Positions 11,779-25,479 are shown, numbered from the stretch's first letter. The stretch is DNA of 64,000 nt from Puccinia triticina (GCA_026914245.1 CP110439.1:4588001-4652000), one strand, 5' to 3'. Notes: generated by a model from the letters alone, not told the origin. Numbers and translations: made by a program.

Positions 11779-14700
11779 TGAAGTATCAAATTACATAAAT
11801 TCATGGTTCATTATATGAGAGGGAGGCATATTATCCCACTTTCTTAAATCCACAGAATTCTAGACTACTGGATCTAAGTTTTGGGGTGTTTTTTTTGGAC
11901 AAAGCTACAATAAAAAATAGCACACAACAATTAAACACAGGCACAAGTTGAAAATCCCCAAAGGCCCAAAGGCCCTATGGATGACCCTCCAGCTGTGCCG
12001 CAGCAACAAGCAAAAGTGGGCCGGTTGTTAGAGTAGTCCAAGAAGGCCCTAATCAAGTGATTAGTGGGCTCCCAGGGAGGGGGTAGGACAAAACCGGAGC
12101 CCCTGGGGGACAACCTCATGGAACTGCACTCCTTAAATAAGCTTTCCGGAGGATCCCCCACAAGCACTCGCCACCAGCCACATCCGAGCTCGTCTCCCAT
12201 TCCCAGCTGTTACTGACCCGTTCCCACTCCCTTGGGCGGTATCGCTTGCCACTGTAACCGTTGCCACATTTTCCATTGCATTTACAAAACTGCCACCGCC
12301 ACTGTTGTACATACAGCCCCTGTTGGTCTTGTTACAGTTGTCTTTGCCATGGCAGCCCTTGGGCCCTCCCGCAAAGCAACCTGATATGTACCCCTGTTGT
12401 CATCTACACACTTATCAGCTCTTACATACCAAGGCACAACATCAAGCTCGTCATCCCATTGCTGGGCCATCGCCAAGACCATCACTTGCATAACCTGCCC
12501 ACCTTAGCCTGTGCAAAGGTCCATCAACGCGCTCGGGTGGTCAACTGGATTGCCAGGACATCAAAGGAACCACTCTCTTGCATGGCCACCAAGGTGGCAA
12601 AAGTACCGGGAAGCTCGATTATTTTGTTTGTGAGTACATACTTGTCCGTCAACAAGGAGGGCAACAAACAAGCTGACTACATCAGTGATTCTTCAAGTGT
12701 AATGTCATACATCCTGGTATCTGGTCTGCAGCTCATGACTTGCCCACGACAAGAACCTCTGCGCAATGCACACAAATCCAACAATTATCTTTATGTATGT
12801 ATGTATCTGATTTGGACGTGGTCGCCAGATTTATAAGCTACCTATGCCCGGCTGGCCAAGAACCCACAAGGCCGACTGATTCGAGGCTCTGATCCAGTCA
12901 AATATATTGGATGTTAGAGTGCAGCTTGCCAACCACGTGACCTGGCTCAGTTCACCAGTCTTACCGGGCAGCTTAGCTAATCCGTCCAACCTGACCACCC
13001 ACCCACGAACCGAGCGCCCGACACCATCCCCCTAGAATGCACTGGCTTTCCCCAACCCTCCTTCTTCGGACCCTCCGCGCTTAAGCAACCAACAACCAAG
13101 GATGATGTGTTACAGTTTCAGAGAGACGCTTGCGACCGAACGCACGCAGATTGACCAAGAGCGCCAAGCGTGGCTAGCCTTCAAGGGAGTATATGCAGCG
13201 ATGGTGGCGTGCAATATCCTTGATGAGCAGTAAAAATAGGTGAGCAATCCTGGACCGTTCATGGTACATCATATGTATACGCAGCAGCAGGAGCGGCAGT
13301 ACTCTCATTAGTGTCCATTGCAGGCTTCTGCATTGTACTGTCACACTCCGACCGTTCCCATCAAGCCCTTCTTGGCCCGGGAGGAGAAAACATTCATGCT
13401 TGCCCCGGCTAAGCAGAAGAGAGTCAAGCCGATTGGCCCCGACGAATGGAAGAGCGCAGGCAATCCGGCGAAGCAGAAGCCGAGCACGAAGCACCAATCG
13501 AGACCCGTCAAAGTCGCTAGAGCGCGTATAGCCCGTGTCGACGAAGGGCGTGCGCTCGACCTCTCCACGGAAGACGCGCCAGAAGAGTGGCCAGCACTCG
13601 CCGCACAGGGACGGCCTGTCTTCGCACCGGGTCACACCGCGACTGCACAAGCATCTCCGCCGCAAAGCAGGCGCACTGACGACCCCGCAGAGCGCTTCCC
13701 GTGATCACGGATCAGCGCGGACGGGCCTCCCCGCGCCCAAATGGATGCGGTACTCCGACAGCAAGGCACACCACTCCAAGCAGGTCTTCAACATCCTTCC
13801 TACAGCTAAGAACTCCTCCCTTGCCCCCCCCCCCCCCCGCCTAAGAAGCTGGACTCCCAAGACTCAACCGTCCTGGAAGTCTTCAATGACTCCTCCAAAC
13901 AAATCCCTCCAAGGCCGCGAGAGGACTTGTTGTTGGGAGAGAAGGACCCCTTGACAACAAAAAACAAACCTCTGGGCTCGTGGAAGAAATGTCTTCAAAG
14001 AGTTCCCGTGACAGCAGTTCATGCGGAAGGTGCATTCAAAGCAGCAGATCTTCCCGTGCCTGCTCCTCAACAGGCGCCCTTAGCTTGGGCCGTGGTGCCC
14101 TGCTGGCCCAGTTGAAGATGGATCAGCCTAAACGGGTTTGCACACGTTTTTGACAAGGTTGCACGGGAAGGTGGTGCGCAAGCAGATTATGGGTGTGACT
14201 GCAAGTGCTGCGCCAAAGTGATTCTTCTCCCCAATGTGATACCCAACCTGAAGGTAATCACTGAATCTTGTGTTTTTTTTAGTATTATGAGCAGGCAGTA
14301 ATTGGGATGGTGCCTTGTGCAACCCTGTCTCCCGCCACCAGCAGCAGATCTCACTTCAACCTGCCGGGGTACCTGGTGGGTTCTTAGAATTTTAATATTG
14401 GCTAGAGAGAAGCTGGTGTTATTGTTTCTTCTTGATCTCCTCTTCTCTTGTGTTGTGTGAAGGCAGTTGGGCTTCCCTGGTACCCAACGGGTTGAGGAGC
14501 TCAACCCCAATAAAAAAAATGAAGCTAAGGTAGGGTCACCAACAACTATCCAACCCCATATAATTTTCAAGTGCTCAACCAGGGAATACTCTGTGTACTA
14601 CAAAGACATCTTCAACCTTACACTCTGTTTTAATCTGGCCATTGATGATCTTCCTCTTCAAAAATCTGATGAGTTATAATTTCTACATAATGTTGTGTCC

Positions 14701-15849
14701 AAACTGGGAAGTTATGAAAAATTTTAGAATTGAGAGACTCAGTCACTCAGAATTTCTTACATTTGTAAGGGTGTCTAAAAATTGAAGTTGTGGAATATCT
14801 TACAATAGTGATAAAAATACTGTAGATTTCCACTTACAGCAAAATCATTCTCTTTGTTTTTGAATTAGGCAGAAATCCAAGTTTATTAAAGCCTTGGAAT
14901 CACAAAACAAAAATTCAAGGGTTTCCCCTACAAATCTCCAAAAATCACAAAAACAAATCAAGGGTTTCCCCTCTACAACTTCCAGAAAAAAAAAAATTAA
15001 GGGTTTTCCCTCTACAAATTCCCAAATCAACAAAAAAACCACAATATTACAGCAACCAAAAATAGAAAAATAATCTGCACCCAGCCACCTAACATCAGCA
15101 AGCTGATGCACCGTGGCCCACCATTCATCCCTGTCTAGCAGGGTTAAAAAATGGTGAGAGGATGACCCCCAGCGCGCCGCATTGAAGGCATTATGCAAAG
15201 GGGGGCCAACAAGTTTAGCCCCTCAAACTGCGCAAGTGCAACAGCGGAGGGGGTGAGGACGAACCACACGCTGGAAGTACAGCGGCAGAGGACGCCTGAG
15301 GATTTATTGAACCCAATGAGCTCCTATTTATACACACCTGCCAACTCGATACAGCAGCTCTACCGCATCTCATGCGACAACAACAACCCACCGCCACGCC
15401 ACTGCCCAATACAAACCGTGCGGCCCTGACTATGAGGGTGCACAATTCCACTGCAATCGCGCCCTCGTCATAACTACAACGCTGTTGCCCAGTCAACCGT
15501 ACTCCACGTCCCCACAACTGGCGCTGTTTCTGCTCAACCATCTTCCCAAGAAGGCGTCGAACTACCAGATCAAGCTCGACGCCTCGTGCGTCCTGCCCCC
15601 ACCTCTGCCCCTTCATCCAAACAAAACAGGCAACGCTGACACAGGCCTGTGTTTCCAGGGCCGAGACGCTGATCTTGCATGCGCTTGAGCACAAGTGGTC
15701 AATGATGGCGCTGTTCTTTCGCCCGCCCTCTCCGACCCCTTCCCTCATCCTCGCCGGAATCTTTTCAGCTTGCCGCGCTGCGCGATTCCGACCGCTCTGT
15801 CCAGGTAGCCAAGGCCATGGCCCAAGTCTTCCAACTATCTGGTCCGTCC

Positions 15850-16663
15850 TTTCCCTTCGTCTTCACAGAGAGAATGAACAGGTGGGCTCTTGCCAATGAT
15901 TTTCATTTCACAGTTGAAAGATTCCTACCCTCCCTGTTGCTGGTCCTCTACCAGGCCCGACCAGCCGCCAATTTGCTCCAGCCCTTCCGCCCTGACGATC
16001 CTAGGGCTCTGGCACTGCGTCAAACATGCGCCCGCAGCCCTCGCGCATTCGCTCTCAGCTTTTGGTCAAGCCCATGTTGACCTCAGCCCGACCTCGTCCG
16101 CGTGGGGCGCGCGATATCCTTACAACACGCGCGTGCTTTTGAATCACATGGTGCCTTACTCGGAACCCCTGCCCACTCCCATTCGGACGGCGAACACGAT
16201 CTCTCCAATCGTCTCGTCCATATCAGCAACTTGCCGAACCCTACTAACCTAACACGTTTCCCTTCGTCTTCACAGAGAGAATGAACAGGTGGGCTCTTGC
16301 CAATGATTTTCATTTCACAGTTGAAAGATTCCTACCCTCCCTGTTGCTGGTCCTCCACCAGGCCCGACCAGCCGCCAATTTGCTCCAGCCCTTCCGCCCT
16401 GACGATCCTAGGGCTCTGGCACTGCGTCAAACATGCGCCCGCAGCCCTCGCGCATTCGCTCTCAGCTTTTGGTCAAGCCCATGTTGACCTCAGCCCGACC
16501 TCGTCCGCGTGGGGCGCGCGATATCCTTACAACACGCGCGTGCTTTTGAATCACATGGTGCCTTACTCGGAACCCCTGCCCACTCCCATTCGGACGGCGA
16601 ACACGATCTCTCCAATCGTCTCGTCCATATCAGCAACTTGCCGAACCCTACTAACCTAACACG
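15850..16663 (+). repeat. Near-perfect 407-bp tandem duplication
   Basis: 15850-16256 and 16257-16663 are identical except for one visible substitution (ctctaccagg/ctccaccagg). Confidence 0.95.
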
Positions 16664-16836
16664 CAGTAACAGTATGGGTGAGCTGCGCATTCCTTCGAGG
16701 ATCACGTCCCAGCAGGGGCGCCTCTAAACCGAACTCAATCAGGTCAAGGAATTCGCCAGGGGAATTGAGGGTTAGTCCCATGTCTTTCCGGGAAATTTTC
16801 GAAACATGACGGCTGACTGTTTTCCCCACTGCACAG

Positions 16837-17669
16837 GGTTGAAATCGATGAGACGGACGTATCGAAAGATGCTCCGTGCGACACTCCGTCCACAGAGCTT
16901 TTCGAATGCGGACGAGCCAGATAGTGATTCAGATTTGCATCAGGAGCCGGACCGGCTGCCGGACCTCCCCGCGAAACAGGAAGACTCGGCCTCGGGCTCG
17001 GCTGGTCAACAAGTGAGTCCCGGGGCGCTGGACCGCGTGTACAGTGTGATCCAAAAGATCCAGGAAGAGTATAAAGAGTGGTGGACGTCCTGTAACGTGC
17101 TCATCGATCTCGGCGAAGGCTCGAGGGACCCTCGCACTAAGTTCTCATCTGACCGCGTCCGGGCTATCACCGCGTACTCTCAAGACCCTTCCCCGTCTGA
17201 ACTCGACCCCCTGCCCGTCCCTACGACGACGGACGCAGGCAAGGCCCCGCAGGAGGCCCCGCCCGGCGTACATAAACACTTCGAGATCCTCAAGAGCATG
17301 TTCGCCCCCGACGGCTCTTCTGAAGCCTCGCCGAAGGGGCAGACAACAACAACAACAACAACCTCGTCGTCAGCGTCGTCTTCTTCTTCTTCGGCACAGA
17401 CCAGCCCGGAGAGCGGTCCGGCGCCTCCTGAGCCGCCGATGCGCTGCCTCACGCCGCCCATGGCCCTTCAGCCGGAGATTGACTTGGGCGACAAGACACC
17501 CATCTCCCGGCCTGTCAAACCTGCCGAATCAGCTGCAACGTGTGCCCCGCGAAAGCCGCAGACACTCACGCCGGCGCCTCAAAAAGTGCACAGCGTCGAC
17601 CTCCTGGCCTCCACCTTCACCTCAACAATGACGACGCGAACGACGACGGTCGCTCTGGACAACCACTAA
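16837..17669 (+). CDS. Hypothetical Ser/Thr/Pro-rich protein, probable terminal exon
   Basis: ORF 16806-17669 (287 aa) preceded by a canonical intron (gttagt at ~16771, gctgac branch point, gcacag at 16836). GC-rich coding-like composition. Upstream exons are unclear or disrupted. Confidence 0.45.
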
Positions 17670-19461
17670 CCACAAGCTCCAGAAGGACCTCAGCGCATAC
17701 AAGTTTGATTGCTTGGTCCCCAGTCATAACCCTCATCGTCCCCCACAGACATGCCTCCATCCTGAGCACCTCTGGCACACCTTGCCAACCATTTTGTGCA
17801 GGCCAAGGCTCTCCCCACCATTGTCCATATTTTTCCTTTCTCCTGCCTATTTATCTTAAACTTGAACTTTAGTATTCAACTAGCGCTCCATCATTATGTG
17901 GAGATGATTTATGCTCAACAGAAAGTCGCTTTTTCATATTTTGATGTGTCTTCTCATGTATATTCCTACTCAGTTGTAATCAATCTTTCCCCCCTTTTCA
18001 TGAGGCATTCAGTAAGACATTACTATTCGCAGCATTTTGCAGTTGTTGCACAATGTTGGATACACATTTCCAAAGTATTTGAGAGGACTGGATCATGCTG
18101 TCCTAAAGGCTTTGATCTCTTCATAAATCAAGTCTAACCTGGTTTGTAAAATGTGGTGAACAATGACATGAATGAATTTAGCACTGATGAATTTTTTGAA
18201 CATGTTTTTGGCACCCAAAAGAGTCACTAGAAAGAAATGCTAGATTTCCCCCTAATTTAGGCCTTCTTCACAAGGATCTTTTACAGCCTGCAGTGCAAGT
18301 TAATTTCTTGATTTTGAAGAATCCATCCCTCAAGATTATTTTTGGCACCATAAGCTGCAATGTGCTGCTAGACTATACCCCTTAAGATGGGGAGATAAAT
18401 ATGTATATTTTATACCCAGCAATCTCCTGGCCATTGTCACATGTGCAGCTCTCCTTGGCAACCCTGGTGTCTGGCTCACAAACAATCAGGGCACACCTGC
18501 TCAAGTTCTGATTTCTCATTTGTTCTGTTATGCTGTGAAGGAATGTGTGTACATAGCTTGACAACCAGTTGTTCCAATCATCTCCCTGCATGCACAATCC
18601 CAAATAACAAATATTCTCACTAGACCTTCATGATCAGTATATACTAAAAATCAATTGTAATCTCTGTAGTCTGTTGTGACCATCAAAACAAGTAAATACT
18701 GCGTTTTGATGGTGCCAGTGCAGCGGAGGTCTGGGGTTTTGTCCTTGTAGCGGAACCAATCCGCGGACATATCCAAAGTCACTGGCCTCACTGCAGATTT
18801 GATGTCATGCAGGGGCTTCACAAACCACAAATTATGATTACATAATATGAATCAGTTTTACACATGGTGGCTTGTATGCGTATGTTGCACAGCAAATGGG
18901 GGCTAAAAATGCTAGAAGATGAAAGATGAACAACTGCTGTTACACTGATGGCTATCAAGCATTTCCAGTAAACATGTGTTTGCCCCTTAGCTTCATTTTT
19001 TTTTTGCCCTTAAACCATCCAGACATGCTCAAAAATGGGTAAGATGATTTTTTGTGTGTAACAAATGTGTCTTTGAGGATTTTTTCCCTGCAGCGGCGGA
19101 GCCGCCTTAGCCTCTAGTGTTGATTGAAGCATGACTAATTTGAGTGTCTTGCTCCCTAAAAAAACTCTATCATGCTTGTGGGTATTTGTTAATTCCATGG
19201 GGTGGTGTGTTCTTGGGGGAGCTATGCTTGCCAGGTTGGGACTGGAAGCTATTGAACATGGATGAGAAAGTAACATGACACCGGATCTGCAGCGGCAAAG
19301 CCGCCTTGGCCTCTAGTTAGATCTATTGTTGCATAGTTGGATTATAAAAATCATTTGCCCACCAACTTCATTCAAAATACAGCTGTCATAGCAAGCTGCT
19401 ACAAAAGAAGTTGGCCTACATTACAAACCCAATTGATGAATAAACAAATTACATAAAATTA

Positions 19462-21044
19462 CGGACTTACTTCGCGCACTGGGAGAAACTCTTTGCGCAC
19501 TGTGGGGGTCGTCGTCTCAATGTCCCGCCCCCAGTGCGCGCTTTCGCCACGGCTCTTCGCGCACTGTGCATTCCCCCAAAAAAACGGCTTGCATTTCTTG
19601 AGATATTTTTTGATGAATCAATAGGATGACTTTTTATGATCCCCCTAAAAAATAATCAAGTCATTTGGTGGTCTCCTTGAGCCTAGAGAAAATTGACATG
19701 AAAAAATCATATTTTAACGCGGCAGGGACCTGTAATATCGCTTCCTGTGCCCCAGTAGCCCCAAAAATTTCACAGTATCATGGTACATGTGCAAATTTAT
19801 TATCTGATAATTTTCAGAATTTTTCCCAGAGATATAAGGGGTGCGCGGCAGGCTTAGTAGGAAAATTACTGCTAACTGTATAGCTTTTTTGTTACACACC
19901 CAAACAGTCCCAAAATTTCAGAAATGTTTTCATTGTGAATATTCTCCGCGCCATAAATTTCTTGGCAATAGTGTGTCATGATAACATGAGATATAAGGGG
20001 TGCGCGGCAGGCTTAGTAGGAAAATTACTGCTAACAGGATAGCTTTTTTTACACACCCAAACAGTCCCAAAATTTCAGAAATTTTTTCATTGTGGATATT
20101 CTCCGCGCCATAAATTTCTTGGCAATATTGTGTCATGATAACATGAGATATAAGGGGTGCGCGGCGGGCTTAGTAGGAAAATGACTGCTAACTTATCTCA
20201 TGTTTTAATGACACAATATTGCTAAGAGCTTTATGGCGCAGAGAATATGCAAAATTGAAACATTCCTGAAAATTTCAGACTGTTTCAGCGTGTAACAAAT
20301 AATCTATACCTGTAGCAGCCATTTTCCTACTAAGCCCGCCGCGCACCCCTTATATCTCATGTTATCATGACACACTATTGCCAAGAAATTTATGGCGCGG
20401 ATAGTATCCACAATGAAAACATTTCTGAAATTTTGGGAGTGTTTGGGTGTGTAACAAAAAAGCTATACTGTTAGCAGTAATTTTCCTACTAAGCCTGCCG
20501 CGCACCCCTTATATCTCATGTTATCATGACGCACTATTGCCAAGAAATTTATGGCGCGGAGAATATCTACAATGAAAAAAAATTCTGAAATTTTGGGACT
20601 GTTTGAGTGTGTAACAAAAAAGCTATACAGTTAGCAGTAATTTTCCTACTAAGCCTGCTGCGCACCCCTTATATCTCTGGGAAAAATTCTAAAAATTATC
20701 AGATAATGAATTTGCACATGTACCATGATACTGTGAAATTTTTGGGGCTACTGGGGCACAGGAAGCGATATTACAGGTCCCTGCCGCGTTAAAATATGAT
20801 TTTTTCATGTCAATTTTCTCTAGGCTCAAGGAGACCACCAAATGACTTGATTATTTTTTGGGAGGGTCATAAAAGGTTGTTCTATTGACTCATCAAAAAA
20901 TATCTCCAGAAAAGTAAGCCGTTTTGTTGGGGGAATGCACAGTGCGCGAAGAGCCGTGGCGGAAGCGCGCACTGGGGGTGGGACGTCGAGAAGACGACCC
21001 CCACAGTGCGCGAAGAGTTTTTCGCAGTGCACAAAGTAAGTCCG
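19462..21044. mobile_element. Foldback DNA transposon (1583 bp), almost wholly palindromic
   Basis: TIR begins CGGACTTACTTCGCGCACTG; 8-bp TSD TAAAATTA on both sides; ~400-bp unique inverted arms followed by inverted arrays of ~158-bp units. Confidence 0.9.
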
Positions 21045-21267
21045 TAAAATTAATTCACCATCTTCCAAAATCAAATCACATTACATCATGACAAAACAGT
21101 CTTTTTTGTTTGGAAATGAACTTCCCCCATGATCTGTGACAAACCACCCAATACATCTATTCAAATTTCACACATGTTTCAGCTTATACAGAGGCCTACT
21201 CTGATAGGTCTTCTGGGTGAAGATTCTGTTGAGGTATCCTGCAGCAAGTCTTTCACTTGGTAAAAGA

Positions 21268-24200
21268 CTAGAGGCCAAAGCCGCTACGCCGCTGCAGGGC
21301 CCAAGCCCTTTGGGCGCGTGGCGGGAACTTTGCCACCCCCGCAACATATCCCTGCATCGTGCAACACCGCCCTTGCACACACACCCACGCATGGCCCCTT
21401 GCAAGCCCAAATGATCTTTAGAATTAGGGAGATCTCTTCCATCATCATCATCTTGGCCAAAACCAAACTGAAAGGATTGAGATCCCGGGTCAATTGAAAA
21501 TAATACATCTCAAAAAGATATGAAATAAAAGTTGAATTGCCACAACATTTATAGGAAATGTGTCAATACAAGGATATTGTGTGTGAGACTGGGATGAGGA
21601 GACAGAAGAGATTGGACTCCAGTAGAGAATCAGATTGATGGGAGTAATGATGCTTGTTGCACCGAGATTGACAATTTGTTAAATGTTTGCCCAGAATCAG
21701 CCTGGCCTTGCTATCAGGCAGTTGGGTGGCGTCTTTCAGGGAGCTTGATACCCTTGGATTGTTGGGCTTTCAGCTCAGCAAGGCCAAGACCGGCGGAAAG
21801 GCTTTCAGCAACAGGTGGTTTTGGATCTTGTGGAAGCCTGCGGCAAGGATTGCAGTGAGAGACAGCCAAGACAGTGGACTATGAGAAGCTTGATTTGGAC
21901 AGAGGACAGTCAACTTTCAAGGCTCCTGCAGGCCTGAATAGCCTCCCTAAGCCCTTAGGCTTGACCAATCACTTGGAACATTGAGGGAGTAATCTTCAAG
22001 AATCAAGTCAGATTAAGTGCTATCCTGAGGCCATGTTCACAGAAATATTTTCAAAACACCTGACTCACCAGGTTGCCAGAAATCTTTTGCTGACTCTGCC
22101 AAGTATTCATGCATGATCAACTATTGATGCTTCCAACTCCTGTCTGATTTGGGATACTATAGATTTATAAGTAGAAATTGAATCACCATCCCTCATAGGT
22201 TGGACATTGAAAAGGGACCTTAATTGGGTGTACAGTGTATCTAAATTGAGATTGAGCAAGTTTTTGTCCTAATTAGATGAGAGATCATTCAGCAGGTAAT
22301 GAGATTGGTCCTAGAAGTTAGGACTTAAAAAGGAGACACAACAATGAATAGACATCAGGTGAGATGAAACAGTATGGTAACAGGTGTTGAATTTTGCTAG
22401 AGAGCATCCCATATTGTTGAGTTTTTGCCATGACAGACCCGCGAAAGGGCTGAGTTGGGTAGAATCTATTTTTTGTAATTCAGACCGGTCACTCTCTCCC
22501 TTGCTTCCTTACTCGTCCTTTCCTTCCCTGGGGCTAACTTCCCCTTTCCTTTTTTCCAACTCTCTCTCTCTTTTCTCAACCTTGATCAGACTCAACTCAT
22601 CAATCTCAGTCGCAACATTGCTCAAGACTTGAATCTCAATCCTTTCTTGACATTTCCCGAGTTCCTTGTCAATCACCTGATTGGCTCTTCTCTCCCATTT
22701 GGTGAGAAAATCACAGCAATAACCTCGGTCCAATCCTCCCTTGGCTAATCTCGTATTATTTTCTTCTATCTCTACCCTTCCCCAGTGTCCTTTTTAACAG
22801 TCTCTTCTTTCCTGTCCTTGATTGTCTCTGAATCTCAAATCTATTGTGTTGTCTGGTTCTAAAATCTTTGGCAATCTAGATTGAAACCTGTCACATATGC
22901 CCGCTCATTTCGCCCATACGCCCAGGTGAGTTGATCACTTGGACAATTGTGAAGCAAGCGCAATCATTGGTAGAATTGAGCCTTGACAACAAATCCTGGA
23001 AATATTTCCAAGGGAAGTGATCAAGATTGTTTCTACCTGCTCAGAACTGGTCAAAGGAGGTGGAGAGGTTGAGGGCGGGTTCAGAGGCGGGGTCGGAGCG
23101 TGATTGCTGAGAAAAGATGTCACAGGAGGCGGACTCGTCAGAGGAGTGTTCTTTGTCAATGGGCGCCTGCGCAGACTTGGAGGAGGCCGTGTGTGGCTCC
23201 TCCTTTTCCTGCTCTTGCTGCTTTGTATCAATGGGGACAGCTTTCTGCTTGCCCTTGGAAGCCAAGAGACGGGTGTTCGTGGTGTCAGTGTCAGGAGAAG
23301 GGTGAAGGGAGGGACCAATGGTGGTGTTGCTTGTCTGGCCTGCAAGGATACAATGATGGTTAGCGGGTACAACTTACAGGTAGCAGAAGCAGCAGAAGGA
23401 GAAGGAACAATGGGCCTACATTTGACCAAACACCTAGCGTAATCAAGGTTGCAATAGAGGCATTCGACAACCTTAGCGGCCTTGTTCTCTTCCCAAATAA
23501 GTTGACCTATGATTCTAGCCCTTGAGATCTGAGTAAGATCGGAGGTAGAAAGATGGAGGGCTGAGCAGAGGGTCTTGACAGAGAGCTTGCCGAGGCCGGC
23601 ACCAATACCAAGATTCTTGACCCGCTTGGCCCAGAAGAATGGATCCCCAAAGTTGGGCTTCTGCGGGCTATGGATTGGATAAAGAGCTTGGGAAAATGGC
23701 AATTGATCAGGCCACTTGGAGCGCACCTCGTCGCCTCCATCTGATTGATGAGAGCTCCAAGGAATCATCCAGTCAAGTTATGTTCCTTTTTCCAACTTCT
23801 TTAAAAAAAATTGTTATTTCCAGTTGAGCGTGGTTTGGGATGAATTGTGAATACATGCCTTGTAGAAAGAAAGCACCCGTGAGGGCTTTCGGAGGGAGTG
23901 GAAATGGTTGCAAAGAGCATCAGCCCATGTTATGATATTGTTGGGTGGGAGGACCAGCTGGGCAGTATGGTCTGGATGAAGCTTGCGGGTGGGGATTCAC
24001 TCGTCAAACCGCTTGAAACGTCATGACTGGCATGCAGGGATGTTGTTAAGCCAAGGTTGTATTGTGTAGAGCAAAGCCAGCGAGTGGACCAGCAGTAGAT
24101 TGGGTGAGGCAAATTGGTTGGTAGGAGGGTTGCACGTGGTGAGTTGATATGGAGACAAGGAGGAGGCGTCTGGTGACGGGCATGGCGGTTGGTACTGAAA

Positions 24201-24539
24201 TGTGGGTGGTGGCAGCTGGTGGTGGGGAGGCAGGGGTTCTTTATAAAAGAGCATGATTCAATGATACTGTCCCCCCAGGGGATCCAGTTTTGTCCTACCC
24301 CCTCCCTGGGAGCCCACTAATCACTTGATTAGGGCCTTCCTGGACCACTCTAACAACCGGCGCACTTTTGCTTGTTGCTGCAGCACAGCTGGAGGGTCAT
24401 CCATAGGGCCTTTGGGCCTTTGGGGATTTCAACGTGTACTGTGAGATTTGTAGGCTGTTTGTGCCATTTTGTGAGAAAAAAAAACACTCCAAAACTTAGA
24501 TCCAGAGGTCTAGGATTGTGTGGATTTAAGAAAGTGGGA
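21268..24539 (-). mobile_element. Non-autonomous Helitron-like element (~3.3 kb) carrying captured gene fragments
   Basis: 5' A|TCCCACTTTC at 24539; 3' imperfect hairpin + CTAG|T at 21268-21296. Confidence 0.75.
23041..23660 (-). pseudogene. Captured C-terminal fragment of a sterol 3-beta-glucosyltransferase (UGT51/ATG26-like)
   Basis: KPNFGDPFFWAKRVKNLGIGAGLGKLSVKTLCSALHLSTSDLTQISRARIIGQLIWEENKAAKVVECLYCNLDYARCLVK resembles the PFFGDQFFW...LGIG...A..IGEQI..ENG...A...IYRDLEYA end of GT1 sterol glucosyltransferases. A short GTAAGT..GCTAAC..CAG intron (23377-23340) joins it to the 23041-23265 frame. Confidence 0.7.
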
Positions 24540-25479
24540 TATCTGGTACAGCCTTCAACTTGCAAAAAATAAAAATATAACAGCATTCAGCTCTAAGGAA
24601 GTTCAAGTGGAATGCTGTTCTTAAAAGCTGCCCAGAACAGTTTCGAAAATCTTCTGATGAGCAGTGGGGTCAATCGTCCCAAGAAATCCTTAATTTTTCA
24701 CAGGAATTATTTGATAGGGATTTGTTTGCCTCTTGATAGAAGCCGTCTTTTTATGGGCAGTTGGGTTTGATGATACAGCCCGTCGTGCCAAGAAACTGTT
24801 TGTGCCGAGGACCCTGATCTTTTGAGAGGAATGTTTATCAGACCAGCTTCCGGGCGGAGTGGCGATTGATCTGATGATGATGCTGACCGGGAAACTGTAT
24901 CTGTAGTGCTGAGCTGTAGCCAGACGCAAGACCGACAAAACTCCGCCACATGCGCAGGTGACTCGGGTGGATACGAGAGCGAGGATGGCCACACGTTCCG
25001 GTCCGAGGCCTGCTGTCTGTGGGGTGCGGGGGCGGGCGCACCTCGGTTTTCAGCCTGGCGGAGTGAAAGTGAAGGGATGATGTCAGTTGGACTGCTTACG
25101 TAAACCCTCCACCCTGGGGCCAGAGTCCTCCCCACTCAACCTCGATCATAGTTTGCCCCATCCACTACAAATTATTTACCTCCCCACACGACCATTCCAC
25201 ATTAAAGGCCGCAAATATAGCATATTATTTGTACTAGAAGCTCTGCAGAACACAAGAAAAGCCTTGGGGGGAAGCATCTCTTGTCTCTTGACTCGAAAAA
25301 CAAACGAACGCAACAGGTAATTATTGGCTCTGCTTTCTCTTCCGCTCGACGGAGAACGAGTCGATCAGGCTTGTTGACCATTTAACCTCCCCCCTCCTCT
25401 TTCCCCCCACCGCCACCTCTTCTCTTCTGCCCCCTTACAAGTAGCCGTACTAGTCCACCCGAATTAGATCACTAGCAGG

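Larger units (their letters stand above)
11834..19316 (+). mobile_element. Non-autonomous Helitron-like element (~7.3-7.5 kb) with gene-like cargo and two tandem 3' ends
   Basis: 5' A|TCCCACTTTCTTAAATCC; 11834-12110 is an inverted close copy of 24270-24539. 3' hairpin+CTAG|T at 19090-19117 and again at 19288-19316. Pairing of the ends over this distance is inferred. Confidence 0.6.

Noticed and set aside
21540..22870. Degenerate gag-like coding remnants inside the Helitron
   Set aside because: Multiple stops and no diagnostic motif could be confirmed by eye.
24838..25149. Small spliced minus-strand ORF divergent from the transketolase
   Set aside because: One plausible GT-AG intron, but the product is short and unrecognisable; insufficient support.
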